Source of the DNA: Candidatus Firestoneibacteriota bacterium | GTDB lineage: Bacteria; Oederibacteriota; D2-FULL-39-29; JBBTED01 | Direction of reading: 5' to 3' | Assembly: GCA_038042445.1 (NCBI GenBank) | Contig: JBBTED010000095.1 | Location: 1-63,767 of the forward strand | Length of the DNA: 63,767 nucleotides | In this document: positions 38,249 through 48,246 of the stretch, in pieces | How the letters are laid out: every line of letters begins with the position of its first letter | How positions within the stretch are numbered: position 1 is the first letter of the stretch | Notes under the pieces: generated by a model | Seen by the model: the letters and a program-made list of their open reading frames with translations, nothing else | Databases searched by the model: none | Told to the model about the DNA's origin: nothing | Program-made: the position numbers and the translations under genes

Positions 38249-40246
38249 ATGGGTACTATAAAATTTCAATACATTTCAAAATATCAAAGTTTGGCAATAT
38301 TTTTTATATCCCTGTTTGTATATTTTGCTACTCTATGCCCTACAGTTTATGTAGGTGATAGTGGTGAACTAACAGCCGCTGCATATTCATTAGGAATTCC
38401 ACATCCATCAGGATATCCGTTATATTGTGTTCTTGGAAAAATTTTTACATTATTATTCCCTTTTGGAGATATTGGATTTAGAGTAAATTTACTTTCAGCG
38501 TTTTTTGCAAGTGTATCCATTGTATTTTTATATCTTATTCTTATTAAAATAACAAATGATTCCCTATTGGCATCTGCTGCAAGCTTAGCATTTGCATTTT
38601 CAAAAACTCTATGGTCACAATCTGTATTTGCAGAAGTCTATACACTAAATATATTTTTTATCGCAGTATTGTTCTATTTATTTTTAGTCATTAAAGAGAA
38701 ATATGATAAAAATATATTGCATTGGAACACTTTTTATTTGTCAGCTTTTATTTTTGGCATAAGCCTGACAAATCATCACACAATGCTGTTATTTACACCT
38801 ATATACTTAGCTTTTATTATTTATATTCGGACACCAATAAAAAAACTGCTAATTACTTTTGCTTTGATTATTTTAGGACTTTCATTTTATTGCTATATAC
38901 CAATACGTTCTTTAGCTAACCCTTATGTTAATTGGGGAAATCCTGAAACATTTAATAATTTTATTCATCATATTACCAGAAGCCAATATGGTAGTTTAAC
39001 AAAAGAAATAAGAACATTTTCATTATTTTTAAATCAAATTAAATCTTATTATAATTCGGTTTTTATTCAATACACACCGTATCTTTTAATTCTAATTCCA
39101 TTTGGAATAGTTTATTTTAGAAAACAAAAGTTATTACTGTATTTTACCTTGGCACTATTTTTTATTTTTAGTTTTGGTTTTATATATTTGCTTAATTCAA
39201 AACTAACACCGGAAATTTTAGATTCAATAGAAGTATTTTCCATCCCTTCATATTTCATTCTTGCAATATTAATTGGCAGTGGCAGTAAGTTTATAATTGA
39301 ACAATTCAAAAGCAATCTTGTTAAAATTTTATTAGCAACATTCATTATTCTTCTTCCACTTAAACAAAATTTTCCCGTATGCAACCAGAATAACAATTTT
39401 ATAGCTTATGACCTTGGCAAAAATATATTCAAAAGTATGTTGCCTAAATCAACCCTATTATCTTCAGGAGATAATCACGTATTTTCATTAGTGTATCTAC
39501 GTACAATTGAAGAAACAAACAAAGATATAAAAATTTATGATGACAGTGGAAACTTATTTCCAACTACTAATATTAATTTGATTTCCGAGCCATCTGTTTA
39601 TTATACAATTTTCAGCAAATGGGGCAATTCATTTGAAGCAAAAGCAATAGAAATAGCCCCAAATGGAATTATTTACAAATTAGGCAAATATTCTGAAAAA
39701 GAAAGTAAAAAAATATGGGAAAGCTATAATTTAAGAGGATACATTAAGGAAAAAGATTTTTTGTCAAGAATAGTAATAGTTCAATATTATTTCTTCTTAG
39801 GTGAAAAATTTTTTGCAGAGAAAAACCCTCAAAAAGCACTTTATGAATATAATCTTGCAAGCGAAATTGGTTTTGATATGGAAAAATTACATTACAATAT
39901 AGGATATAGTTTATATAAAAAGAATATGTGGAATTTGGCAAAAAATTATTTTAAAAAAGCAATAGATGTTGACTGGACATATACTCAGGCACATAATAAT
40001 TTATCTGTTATTTACCTTACGGAAAACGACTTTGAGAATGCAACCAAAGAAGTTGAATTAGCTATTAAATTCAACCCCAATAATGCTGAAGCATATAATA
40101 ATTTAGGAACAATACTTGGAAGAAAAGGAGATTTGAAAAATGCCATAACTGCATGGAAAAAAGCATTACATCTAAATTCCAACATAACAACTGCAAGAGA
40201 AAATATAGAACGTGCAAAATCAATGTTAGAAAGCAAAACCCCATAA
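38249..40246 (+). CDS. DUF2723/TMEM260-like GT-C glycosyltransferase with C-terminal TPRs
   Basis: GDSGEL, HPSGYPLY, AEVY, NHH, NWGNP, GDN; TPRs (AHNNL, AYNNLG). Confidence 0.85.
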   Translation: MGTIKFQYISKYQSLAIFFISLFVYFATLCPTVYVGDSGELTAAAYSLGIPHPSGYPLYCVLGKIFTLLFPFGDIGFRVNLLSAFFASVSIVFLYLILIKITNDSLLASAASLAFAFSKTLWSQSVFAEVYTLNIFFIAVLFYLFLVIKEKYDKNILHWNTFYLSAFIFGISLTNHHTMLLFTPIYLAFIIYIRTPIKKLLITFALIILGLSFYCYIPIRSLANPYVNWGNPETFNNFIHHITRSQYGSLTKEIRTFSLFLNQIKSYYNSVFIQYTPYLLILIPFGIVYFRKQKLLLYFTLALFFIFSFGFIYLLNSKLTPEILDSIEVFSIPSYFILAILIGSGSKFIIEQFKSNLVKILLATFIILLPLKQNFPVCNQNNNFIAYDLGKNIFKSMLPKSTLLSSGDNHVFSLVYLRTIEETNKDIKIYDDSGNLFPTTNINLISEPSVYYTIFSKWGNSFEAKAIEIAPNGIIYKLGKYSEKESKKIWESYNLRGYIKEKDFLSRIVIVQYYFFLGEKFFAEKNPQKALYEYNLASEIGFDMEKLHYNIGYSLYKKNMWNLAKNYFKKAIDVDWTYTQAHNNLSVIYLTENDFENATKEVELAIKFNPNNAEAYNNLGTILGRKGDLKNAITAWKKALHLNSNITTARENIERAKSMLESKTP

Positions 40247-40251
40247 AACCG

Positions 40252-40368
40252 TGTCATTCCCGCATGTTTCCCCGTTTTCACGGGGACAAGTTTAGCGGAA
40301 ATCCAGTATCTTTAAAATATTGATAAAATAAGACTCTGAATACCCAATTAATACACTCGGGCATGACA
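40252..40368. repeat. GTCAT-ended palindromic element (degenerate)
   Basis: TGTCATTCCCGC..GCGGAAATCCAG ... CGGGCATGACA. Confidence 0.7.
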
Positions 40369-40399
40369 AACTCTCAATCACTGACCCATTACAGATATG

Positions 40400-40624
40400 T
40401 TAAGATACCTTTTCAAGGCGATCAGCAACCCAAACTTTGATAATAGATTGACGAGGAACACCCAAACGTCTTGCTTCTTTATCTAATAATTGAATTATCC
40501 ATACAGGAAAATCTACGTTTACTCTTTTTTGTTCTTGTCCTACTCTCCTTGCTTTTGATATATCAAGGTGTTTTAAAACATTCTCACCTTTATCAAATTT
40601 TTTTTCAAATTCCCGAACCTTCAT
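40400..40624 (-). CDS. BrnA/CopG-family antitoxin
   Basis: KRVNVDFPVW...LDKEARRLGVPRQSIIKVW. Confidence 0.88.
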   Translation of the reverse strand: MKVREFEKKFDKGENVLKHLDISKARRVGQEQKRVNVDFPVWIIQLLDKEARRLGVPRQSIIKVWVADRLEKVS

Positions 40625-40874
40625 ATATCTCAACCTCCTCTTTTCTAGATCGTCTTACTGAAATAATTCTTATTTTTTCACCTCTATAAGTAATAACTGC
40701 GGACCAGTGTTTTTCTGAAATCTCTCCGATTACCAAAAATCTCGGCTCATCACTGACTTTTACAGGAATCTCAATCAAATCAGGATCATCCCATATCACT
40801 TGAGCTTCGTAAAAATCGATGTCATGTTTCTTCTTATTGCTATTGCTTTTCGCAGAATCAAATTCAAATTCCAT
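40605..40874 (-). CDS. BrnT-family toxin
   Basis: FEFD..K...N..KH.IDF..A...IRIISVRR. Confidence 0.9.
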   Translation of the reverse strand: MEFEFDSAKSNSNKKKHDIDFYEAQVIWDDPDLIEIPVKVSDEPRFLVIGEISEKHWSAVITYRGEKIRIISVRRSRKEEVEIYEGSGI

Positions 40875-40927
40875 AGTATATTTATTATACCTTATATATA
40901 CCTTTAGTCAAGCAAATATTCTCTTTT

Positions 40928-40984
40928 TTTAATGTTACAAATCAATGGAGTGCTATTGCACATCCGCTGAATTTGTTTGTATTT
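40928..40984 (-). mobile_element. Degenerate attC-like site
   Basis: Shares AAATTCAGCGGATG (14 bp) with the attC at 27872-27931; the right arm TGATTTGTAACATTAA has ATT in place of GTT. Confidence 0.5.
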
Positions 40985-41312
40985 CTTTTATTGTTACGAC
41001 TGGATTTTCAATATCTACAACTACTTTGGTGTATTTATCATTCTCCAAATCAATAACAATTCCTTTGCCACTGTTGGGTATTACATCCCAGAATTCTTTT
41101 CTTTTTCTTCCATAATACGTGCCGGCTATTATTACCCATGGAATATACGTACCAGGTATTCGCCAAAATGGTGGCTTCAAATATCGGTCGAGATGTTTCA
41201 CTGATTTTATATTTTTTCTGGTTAGTTCTATTTGGGACTTACATGCCAATAATTTGTGTAATCCAAGAATACTAATTATAACTTTATCACTCTTAATCAA
41301 TATTTCAACCAT
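40953..41312 (-). CDS. Hypothetical protein (bacterial PH-like; possible cassette)
   Basis: WRIPGTYIPWVIIAGTYY...EFWDV...IVIDL. Confidence 0.65.
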   Translation of the reverse strand: MVEILIKSDKVIISILGLHKLLACKSQIELTRKNIKSVKHLDRYLKPPFWRIPGTYIPWVIIAGTYYGRKRKEFWDVIPNSGKGIVIDLENDKYTKVVVDIENPVVTIKEIQTNSADVQ

Positions 41313-41330
41313 TTATGTATCCCTCCATTT

Positions 41331-41624
41331 TTATAATCTTTCAATCCAATAATTAGGACGGCGATGCAAATGCATTATAGCAACAATAATAATGTGATTA
41401 CCATTAAGTTTATAAAGAATTGAATAGGGAAAACGCTTGATTAAACGTCTGCGAATTCCATAATTTACAATAGACCATCGTAAAGGATTTTTTGAAATAT
41501 CATGGAGAGTAATTTCAATTATACGTAAGAAATCTTTACCTAAATTATGAGCCTGTGCTTCATAAAATATTGCAGCATTAAGCATTTCTTCTTCGGCAGG
41601 ATCGAGAAAATAAATGTTTCTCAT
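41331..41624 (-). CDS. RelE/ParE-family toxin
   Basis: AEEEM..A..FYE...LG..F...RFPYSILY...VAIMH..RRP.YW. Confidence 0.9.
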   Translation of the reverse strand: MRNIYFLDPAEEEMLNAAIFYEAQAHNLGKDFLRIIEITLHDISKNPLRWSIVNYGIRRRLIKRFPYSILYKLNGNHIIIVAIMHLHRRPNYWIERL

Positions 41625-41842
41625 TTTATTCTTTTTAACACAGATTTTAAAACTTCTTCTGCCGGTTTACTTTTAATATTACCTTTTTTATACTCCTGAT
41701 ATCTTCTTCCTGCTTCTTTCACCCATAAACATTCATTTTCTAAATTATTAGTATTTTCTATACTTCGAATTAAATGTTCGGCAAGTTTTGCCCGTTCTTT
41801 TAAAGGTAGTTTAAGCGCTTTTTCTTTTAAAGCTAAAGACAT
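41621..41842 (-). CDS. Addiction-module antitoxin
   Basis: ALKLP..ERA.LA..L..S...W..EA.RR; ATGA overlap with the toxin. Confidence 0.88.
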   Translation of the reverse strand: MSLALKEKALKLPLKERAKLAEHLIRSIENTNNLENECLWVKEAGRRYQEYKKGNIKSKPAEEVLKSVLKRIK

Positions 41843-41969
41843 AATTTTTCACCCCCTAAAAATATTTTCTTCATAAATTATAACAATTATATGTTTATGT
41901 TACAATAAATTTAAATATATATTCTTTTTATTGCATAATTTTCGTAATATAATTACAATAATACTGAAA

Positions 41970-43805
41970 ATGAGTAAAATTTGCACAATAATTCTTGTTC
42001 TTGTTTCAATAATTGCTTATTCTAATTCTTTGCAAAATGGGTTTATAATGGATGATAAATATATTATTGAATCCAATCCTTTAGTTAAGAGTTTAGCAAA
42101 CATTCCAAAACTATTTGCTTCAAATTACTGGGCAAATACTCCTTATGAAAAAGATGTTCTATTATATAGACCATTGACTATGTCATCATTCAATATAGAT
42201 TATGCAATATGGGGATTAAACCCATTTGGTTATCATTTAATTAACATTTTAATTAATGCAATAAACAGTATTTTGGTTTTTTTGATAATAAAATATTTGA
42301 TTACAAATCCTGCTATTGCCTTAATTTCATCACTTTTATTTGCCATCCACCCGATACATACAGAACCAATTAATATGCTCGTTGGCAGAACAGAACTTTT
42401 ATCAACATTTTTCCTTCTATGCGCTTTTTTAACCTATATCAAGCGATATAATCTGCTTATAACTATTGCATTGTTCTTATGTGCCTTATTAAGCAAAGAA
42501 ACAGCAATTGTATTATTTGTACTATTTATATTATTTGATACAATTAGCGAATTACCAAAAATGACTATAGCTGAAATCTTTAAAAAATACTTTAAAATAT
42601 GGTTTTTATTCTTTGGTTTAATCTCTATATATATTATTTTAAGATTTTTAGTACTTGGAGGAACATTCTCACAAGGTGGTCAGGCAGGAATATTTCAGGG
42701 CAAAAACTTTATCATACTATTTGCAACCATGATAAAAGCATTTGGAAGGTATTTAAGCTTGCTCGTTATCCCTGTTCACCTTTCACCTGATTACAATGAC
42801 TTTTTGTTTTCACATTCCATTTTTGAAACTAATGTGATGTTATCTTTTGTCATACTAACAGTAACATTTATATCTGCAATTTTTCTATTCAAATTAAACC
42901 CTACAATTACTTATGGGATTTTTTGGATATTTGTTGCGTTAATGCCAGTATCAAATATTATCCCTATTGGAGCCATTTTAGCAGAAAGATTCTTGTATCT
43001 TCCTTCTGTTGGATTTAGCTTTTTTATATCTGGAATTTTAAGCAGTATTTCTTCAAAAAGCATAAAAATAATAAGCACAACTCTAATAGGATTTGTTATT
43101 TTAATTTTTGGGATTTTGACTTTTAATAGAAATTTTGTTTGGCAAAATGAATACACTTTGTGGTTGGAAACAGCAAAATTATATCCTGATAATGTTAAGG
43201 CACATTACAACCTTGGCACAGTTTGGACAAATAAAGGAGAATTTGAAAAAGCAATCAAGGAATTTGAAAAATGCTTAATTTTTAATCCTGATGCAACATG
43301 GAATCCAGGCAAAAAAGCAAAAGCCAATGTTTACTACAATATCAGCTTAATTTATAAATCAAAAGGAGAAAACGAAAAATATTATTTAGAACTAATAAAA
43401 GCGTTTGAATTGGATCCTGACAATATTGATGTAAAAAATGCGCTCTCAACATACCACAATGAAAAAGGTCTTGAATATTCCAAAAAGCAAAATTTAGCAC
43501 AGGCATTAGCCAAATACAAACAGGCAATTACACTTAACCCAAAACTTATAGAAGCATATTATAATTTAGGATTAACTCAATACAAATTAAAAGATTACGA
43601 AAATGCATTAAATTCTTTTAATGAATGTCTTAAAATAGAGAAAAATTACGCAAATGCCTATATCTGCATAGGTAATATATTTTATGTAAAAGGATTATAC
43701 AACAATGCTATTGAACAATACAAAAAAGCGCTCTCTATTGACCCAAATTCTAAAGAAGCCAGAACAAACTATGAAACATTAAAAAACTTAGGCAAATTTC
43801 AATAA
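41970..43805 (+). CDS. TMTC-like GT-C glycosyltransferase with TPRs
   Basis: FIMDD, YRPLT, HPIHTE, GRTELL, LLSKE, AERFLYLPS; C-terminal TPRs. Confidence 0.85.
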   Translation: MSKICTIILVLVSIIAYSNSLQNGFIMDDKYIIESNPLVKSLANIPKLFASNYWANTPYEKDVLLYRPLTMSSFNIDYAIWGLNPFGYHLINILINAINSILVFLIIKYLITNPAIALISSLLFAIHPIHTEPINMLVGRTELLSTFFLLCAFLTYIKRYNLLITIALFLCALLSKETAIVLFVLFILFDTISELPKMTIAEIFKKYFKIWFLFFGLISIYIILRFLVLGGTFSQGGQAGIFQGKNFIILFATMIKAFGRYLSLLVIPVHLSPDYNDFLFSHSIFETNVMLSFVILTVTFISAIFLFKLNPTITYGIFWIFVALMPVSNIIPIGAILAERFLYLPSVGFSFFISGILSSISSKSIKIISTTLIGFVILIFGILTFNRNFVWQNEYTLWLETAKLYPDNVKAHYNLGTVWTNKGEFEKAIKEFEKCLIFNPDATWNPGKKAKANVYYNISLIYKSKGENEKYYLELIKAFELDPDNIDVKNALSTYHNEKGLEYSKKQNLAQALAKYKQAITLNPKLIEAYYNLGLTQYKLKDYENALNSFNECLKIEKNYANAYICIGNIFYVKGLYNNAIEQYKKALSIDPNSKEARTNYETLKNLGKFQ

Positions 43806-43873
43806 ATGATATTTGACCGCAAGTTTTTTTAAAAATTGTTATCTAAATAAGTAAGGAGGAGTTTGAAATTGCT

Positions 43874-45121
43874 ATGAGAATACAAATATATATAATAATT
43901 TATCTTTTATCACTTGCATTAGTACAAATTAGTCAGGCAGATGAATTATATCTGGATAACTGCATAAAACAAGCACTTGAAAATAATTACACTCTAAAAC
44001 TTGCAGGTTATAATGTTGAACAAATTAAAGAGAAGAAAACCATTGCTATTTCTACTTATTTACCGCAGTTAGATTTTAATTCATCCACAAGTTATAATAC
44101 TTCTAATAATTATTCTTTAGGTCTTTCCTTACGACAAAATATTTATGATTCTGGAAAAACATTTGCACAAATAGATATTGCATCTGAAAAATTAAATTCT
44201 GCAGAATATAATTTAGAATTGACCAGACAAAATCTTATTTTTAATGTAAAAAGGTCATTTTATCTATGTTTACAAGCACAAGAAGAAATTAAAATTTATG
44301 AAGAAGAAGTTTCAGCTATGCAAGAGCACTTTAAAAAAGCAAAAGTACTTTATGAAATTGGGCTAAAATCAAAGTTTGATGTAACAAAAGCAGAACTTGA
44401 ATTATTAAATACACAACTTGCTCTTATAAAAGCAAAAAACAATTTTAAAATTACGAAAATAACTTTAAGTAACATAATTAGCAATATACAAATTGATAAG
44501 TATGAACTTAAAGATGAACTTAAAATTGAATTAACACCTGAGAAAGTTAATTTAGAAGAAATAAAGAGTTTTGCATTAAAGAATCGGCCTGAAATGTTAG
44601 ATGCACAAACTAAAATACGTGAGTCAGAAGCTACATTATCTCTTGCTTTAAGCAAATATTTTCCAAGTTTATATGCTACATCAGGCTACAACTGGAAAGG
44701 CCAGGGCTTTCCTCTTACAAATGATTGGAATGTAGGTTTAACATTATCCTTAATCTTATTTAATGGCTTTTCCACACCTGCTGAAGTAACAACAGCAAAT
44801 ATACAAAAAGAAACCGCATTGGCAAATGAAGAATTAAACAGACAAAACATTCTGTTAGAAATTGAACAAGTGTATGCAAATTTAATTGAATCCAGTGAAA
44901 CTGCTACTATAACTGAAAAATTAATTGAACAATCCAAAGAAAATTTAGAGCTTGCCAAAACAAGATATGAAGCGGGACTGGGTTCAATACTGGAACTAAT
45001 AGATGCAGAAGTTTCATATGCTCAGGCAAAACTTAACAGAATAAAAACATTTTGCGGTTATAAAATTTCAATTGCTCAATTCAAAAAAGCAACTGGAGAA
45101 ACCGAAAGGAAGGAAAAATGA
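43874..45121 (+). CDS. TolC-family outer-membrane efflux protein
   Basis: Signal peptide, repeated OEP halves, RYEAGLGSILELIDA. Confidence 0.9.
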   Translation: MRIQIYIIIYLLSLALVQISQADELYLDNCIKQALENNYTLKLAGYNVEQIKEKKTIAISTYLPQLDFNSSTSYNTSNNYSLGLSLRQNIYDSGKTFAQIDIASEKLNSAEYNLELTRQNLIFNVKRSFYLCLQAQEEIKIYEEEVSAMQEHFKKAKVLYEIGLKSKFDVTKAELELLNTQLALIKAKNNFKITKITLSNIISNIQIDKYELKDELKIELTPEKVNLEEIKSFALKNRPEMLDAQTKIRESEATLSLALSKYFPSLYATSGYNWKGQGFPLTNDWNVGLTLSLILFNGFSTPAEVTTANIQKETALANEELNRQNILLEIEQVYANLIESSETATITEKLIEQSKENLELAKTRYEAGLGSILELIDAEVSYAQAKLNRIKTFCGYKISIAQFKKATGETERKEK

Positions 45122-46286
45122 AAAAAATTATTATAGGTTTAATAATATTATTGCTGATTTTAGCCGTAATTTTTATTATAACAAAAACATTTAAAAATAA
45201 TTCTCCACAATATAAAACTGTAAAAGCAGAAAAAGGAGATATTACAAACACTATTTCTGCAACAGGAATACTTAACCCTACAGTTTTAGTACAAGTTGGA
45301 AGCCAGGTCTCAGGTACAGTAAAACATATTTATGTAGATTTTAACTCAATAGTAAAAAAAGGTGATATGCTTTTGCAAATTGACCCTGCTATATTTGACG
45401 CACAACTTCTTCAGGCAGAAGCTAATGTTGAAAAAACAAGTGTTGACCTTACAGATGCAAAAAGAAATTTAGACAAAAATAAGATTTTATTTGAGAAAAA
45501 TCTGATTTCTAAAAACGAAATAGATATTTTAGAGTCACGTTATAATTTTGCCCTTGCATCTAAAAAACAAACAGATGCAGCATATAAATTAGCAAAGATA
45601 AATTTGCAGAATACTACAATACTTTCGCCAATAGATGGAATAATTGTTTTGCGCAATATTGATGAAGGACAAACCGTAGTTGCAAGCTTCCAATCTCCAA
45701 CACTTTTTACAATTGCAAATGATTTAAGAAAGATGCAAATAAATACAAATGTTGATGAAGCAGATATAGAAAAAGTTAAGATAGGGCAAAAAGTAAATTT
45801 TACAGTAGATACGTATCCTGATGAAGAATTTAATGCAGTTGTATCACAAATTAGACTTTCACCAAATACAGTACAAAATATAGTAACATACGACGTAATA
45901 CTTGAAGTTTTTAATTCCAAATTAAAATTAAAACCTGGTATGACTGCAAATGTTAATATTATTATAGCACATAAACAAAATGTGCTAAAGCTTCCAGCTT
46001 CTGTGTTACGTTTTACACCAAGTGAAACAATATCAAGACTCCAGAAAAAGGGTTTTTTAGAATTTGGGCATTATTAATAAATAGAGTAGCACCACTAGAT
46101 ATTAAATTAGGTATTTTTGATGGTAAATATTATGAAGTTTTAGAAGAAAACACAGCACAGATACATAAAGTATTGCATTATCATGAAATAATAACTGAGA
46201 TGTATAGTAAAAAAAATACAGCAAAAACCAAAGAAATGTCTTCATTTGTATCTGGTTCAAGAACAATGGGGCAGATGCGACATTAA
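45118..46286 (+). CDS. MacA-like membrane fusion protein; -1 frameshift at ~46050-46059 restores the C-terminus
   Basis: VGSQVSG, SPIDG, VDEADI, LKPGMTA; the -1 frame continues RIWALL...IKLGIFDGKYYEVLE to a stop at 46286. Confidence 0.85.
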
Positions 46287-46291
46287 TTAAT

Positions 46292-46972
46292 ATGAACAAT
46301 ATCCTTTTGCAGTTTGAAAATTTATACAAAATATATGTCGCTGGTGAAACAAAGGTATCAGCAGTCTGCAATGTATCACTTTCAATAAATAGTGGTGAAT
46401 TTGTTGCAGTTACAGGTCATTCAGGTTCTGGAAAATCAACATTTTTAAATATTATTGGTTGCCTTGATAAACCCACTTCAGGAAAATATTTTTTAGAAAA
46501 TGTAGATATTGCACAATTAGACAAAAATAAGCTTGCAGAAATAAGGAATAAAAAATTTGGATTCATCTTTCAGAATTTTAACCTGCTTCAACGCACAACT
46601 GCACTTGAAAACGTGGAACTCCCAATGATATATGCGGGGATATCAGGAAAAAAATCCTATAAAAGAGCAAGTGATTTACTTGAATTGGTTGGCTTAAAAG
46701 ATAAATTATATAGCATTCCGTCAAAACTCTCCGGTGGGCAGCAACAAAGAGTAGCAATTGCCAGAGCTTTAGCAAATAATCCTTCAATAATTTTAGCAGA
46801 TGAACCTACAGGTAATTTAGATAGTAATACAAGCATGGAAATAATGAATATATTCACTGAATTAAATAAAAATAATATAACTATAATATTAGTCACACAT
46901 GAAGAAGATATTGCACGATATGCCAGACGAAATATAATTTTTAAAGATGGCAAAATCATAAATTCATTATGA
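46292..46972 (+). CDS. MacB-type ABC ATPase
   Basis: [33 protein letters not shown]. Confidence 0.92.
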   Translation: MNNILLQFENLYKIYVAGETKVSAVCNVSLSINSGEFVAVTGHSGSGKSTFLNIIGCLDKPTSGKYFLENVDIAQLDKNKLAEIRNKKFGFIFQNFNLLQRTTALENVELPMIYAGISGKKSYKRASDLLELVGLKDKLYSIPSKLSGGQQQRVAIARALANNPSIILADEPTGNLDSNTSMEIMNIFTELNKNNITIILVTHEEDIARYARRNIIFKDGKIINSL

Positions 46973-48192
46973 AATTTTCAATAATAAAAAAAATGGGATA
47001 TAAAGCACTTATAAAAAATAAAATGCGCAGTTTCCTAACTATGCTTGGCGTTATGATTGGTGTTGCATCTGTTGTTACTATGATAAGTATTGCTACAGGT
47101 GCAAAAATTTCTGTAAAAAATAGTATTGCAAGTATGGGAACAAATGTTATGTTTGTTATGCTCAAAAATGTTATTAGAGAAGGAGTTCAGGCAGGCACAG
47201 TGCAAACTTTAACTACATATGATGCGGACGCTTTAAAAAAAGAATGCGCACAAATAACGTCTGCTTCTCCTATATTTAGAGCTAATGCACAGGCTATTTA
47301 TAAAAATCAAAACTGGACTACTTCGGCAGTAGGATGCAATGAAGATTATTTTAAAATCCGGAACTGGTCATTGGAAAAAGGCGAGTATTTTACGCAACAG
47401 GAAATTCGTGGAAATATGAAATTATGCATATTAGGTAAAACTGTCGCAGATAATTTGTTTGGGAATCAGGATCCAATCAATGAGATAATACGAATGAAAA
47501 AAGTCCCATTTAAAGTTATTGGTGTTCTTACTGCAAAAGGACAATCAAGTTTTGGTCAGGATCAGGATGATATGATATTCATGCCGTATACTACTGCACA
47601 GAAAAAAATATTTCGTATGGTTGGTATTCCAGCAGCTATTCATGCAATAATGATGTCTAGTACATCTCAGGAAGAAATGGAAATTGCAATAAAACAGGCA
47701 AAGGATCTCTTGCGACAACGTCATAATCTAAAAGAAAAAGATGATGACGATTTTACAATAAGAACACAAACAGATATATTATCAACAGCAGAATCAACAT
47801 CAAAAGTAATGACAATTTTACTTGGAAGTATTGCATCTGTATCACTATTAGTAGGTGGAATTGGCATAATGAATATAATGCTTGTATCTGTAGCTGAACG
47901 AACAAGAGAAATCGGCATTCGTATAGCAATTGGTGCAAAAGAAAAAGAAATATTGCTACAATTTTTATTTGAAGCAATAGCATTAAGCACTTTTGGTGGA
48001 ATTATAGGTATAATATTAGGAATAATTTTTTCAAACCTCATTCCCTTATTGGCTGGATGGGATACATTAATATCATTTAAATCAATTATAATTTCCTTTG
48101 TATTCTCTATCGCAATAGGTATTTTTTTTGGACTACAGCCAGCTTGGAAAGCTTCAAAATTAAACCCAATAGAAGCACTTCGATACGAATAG
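46969..48192 (+). CDS. MacB/FtsX-type ABC permease
   Basis: [37 protein letters not shown]. Confidence 0.93.
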   Translation: MKFSIIKKMGYKALIKNKMRSFLTMLGVMIGVASVVTMISIATGAKISVKNSIASMGTNVMFVMLKNVIREGVQAGTVQTLTTYDADALKKECAQITSASPIFRANAQAIYKNQNWTTSAVGCNEDYFKIRNWSLEKGEYFTQQEIRGNMKLCILGKTVADNLFGNQDPINEIIRMKKVPFKVIGVLTAKGQSSFGQDQDDMIFMPYTTAQKKIFRMVGIPAAIHAIMMSSTSQEEMEIAIKQAKDLLRQRHNLKEKDDDDFTIRTQTDILSTAESTSKVMTILLGSIASVSLLVGGIGIMNIMLVSVAERTREIGIRIAIGAKEKEILLQFLFEAIALSTFGGIIGIILGIIFSNLIPLLAGWDTLISFKSIIISFVFSIAIGIFFGLQPAWKASKLNPIEALRYE

Positions 48193-48246
48193 ATAAATTA
48201 TTTAACATAATAATATATATTTGTAAAATAGTTTTATATTTATGGT

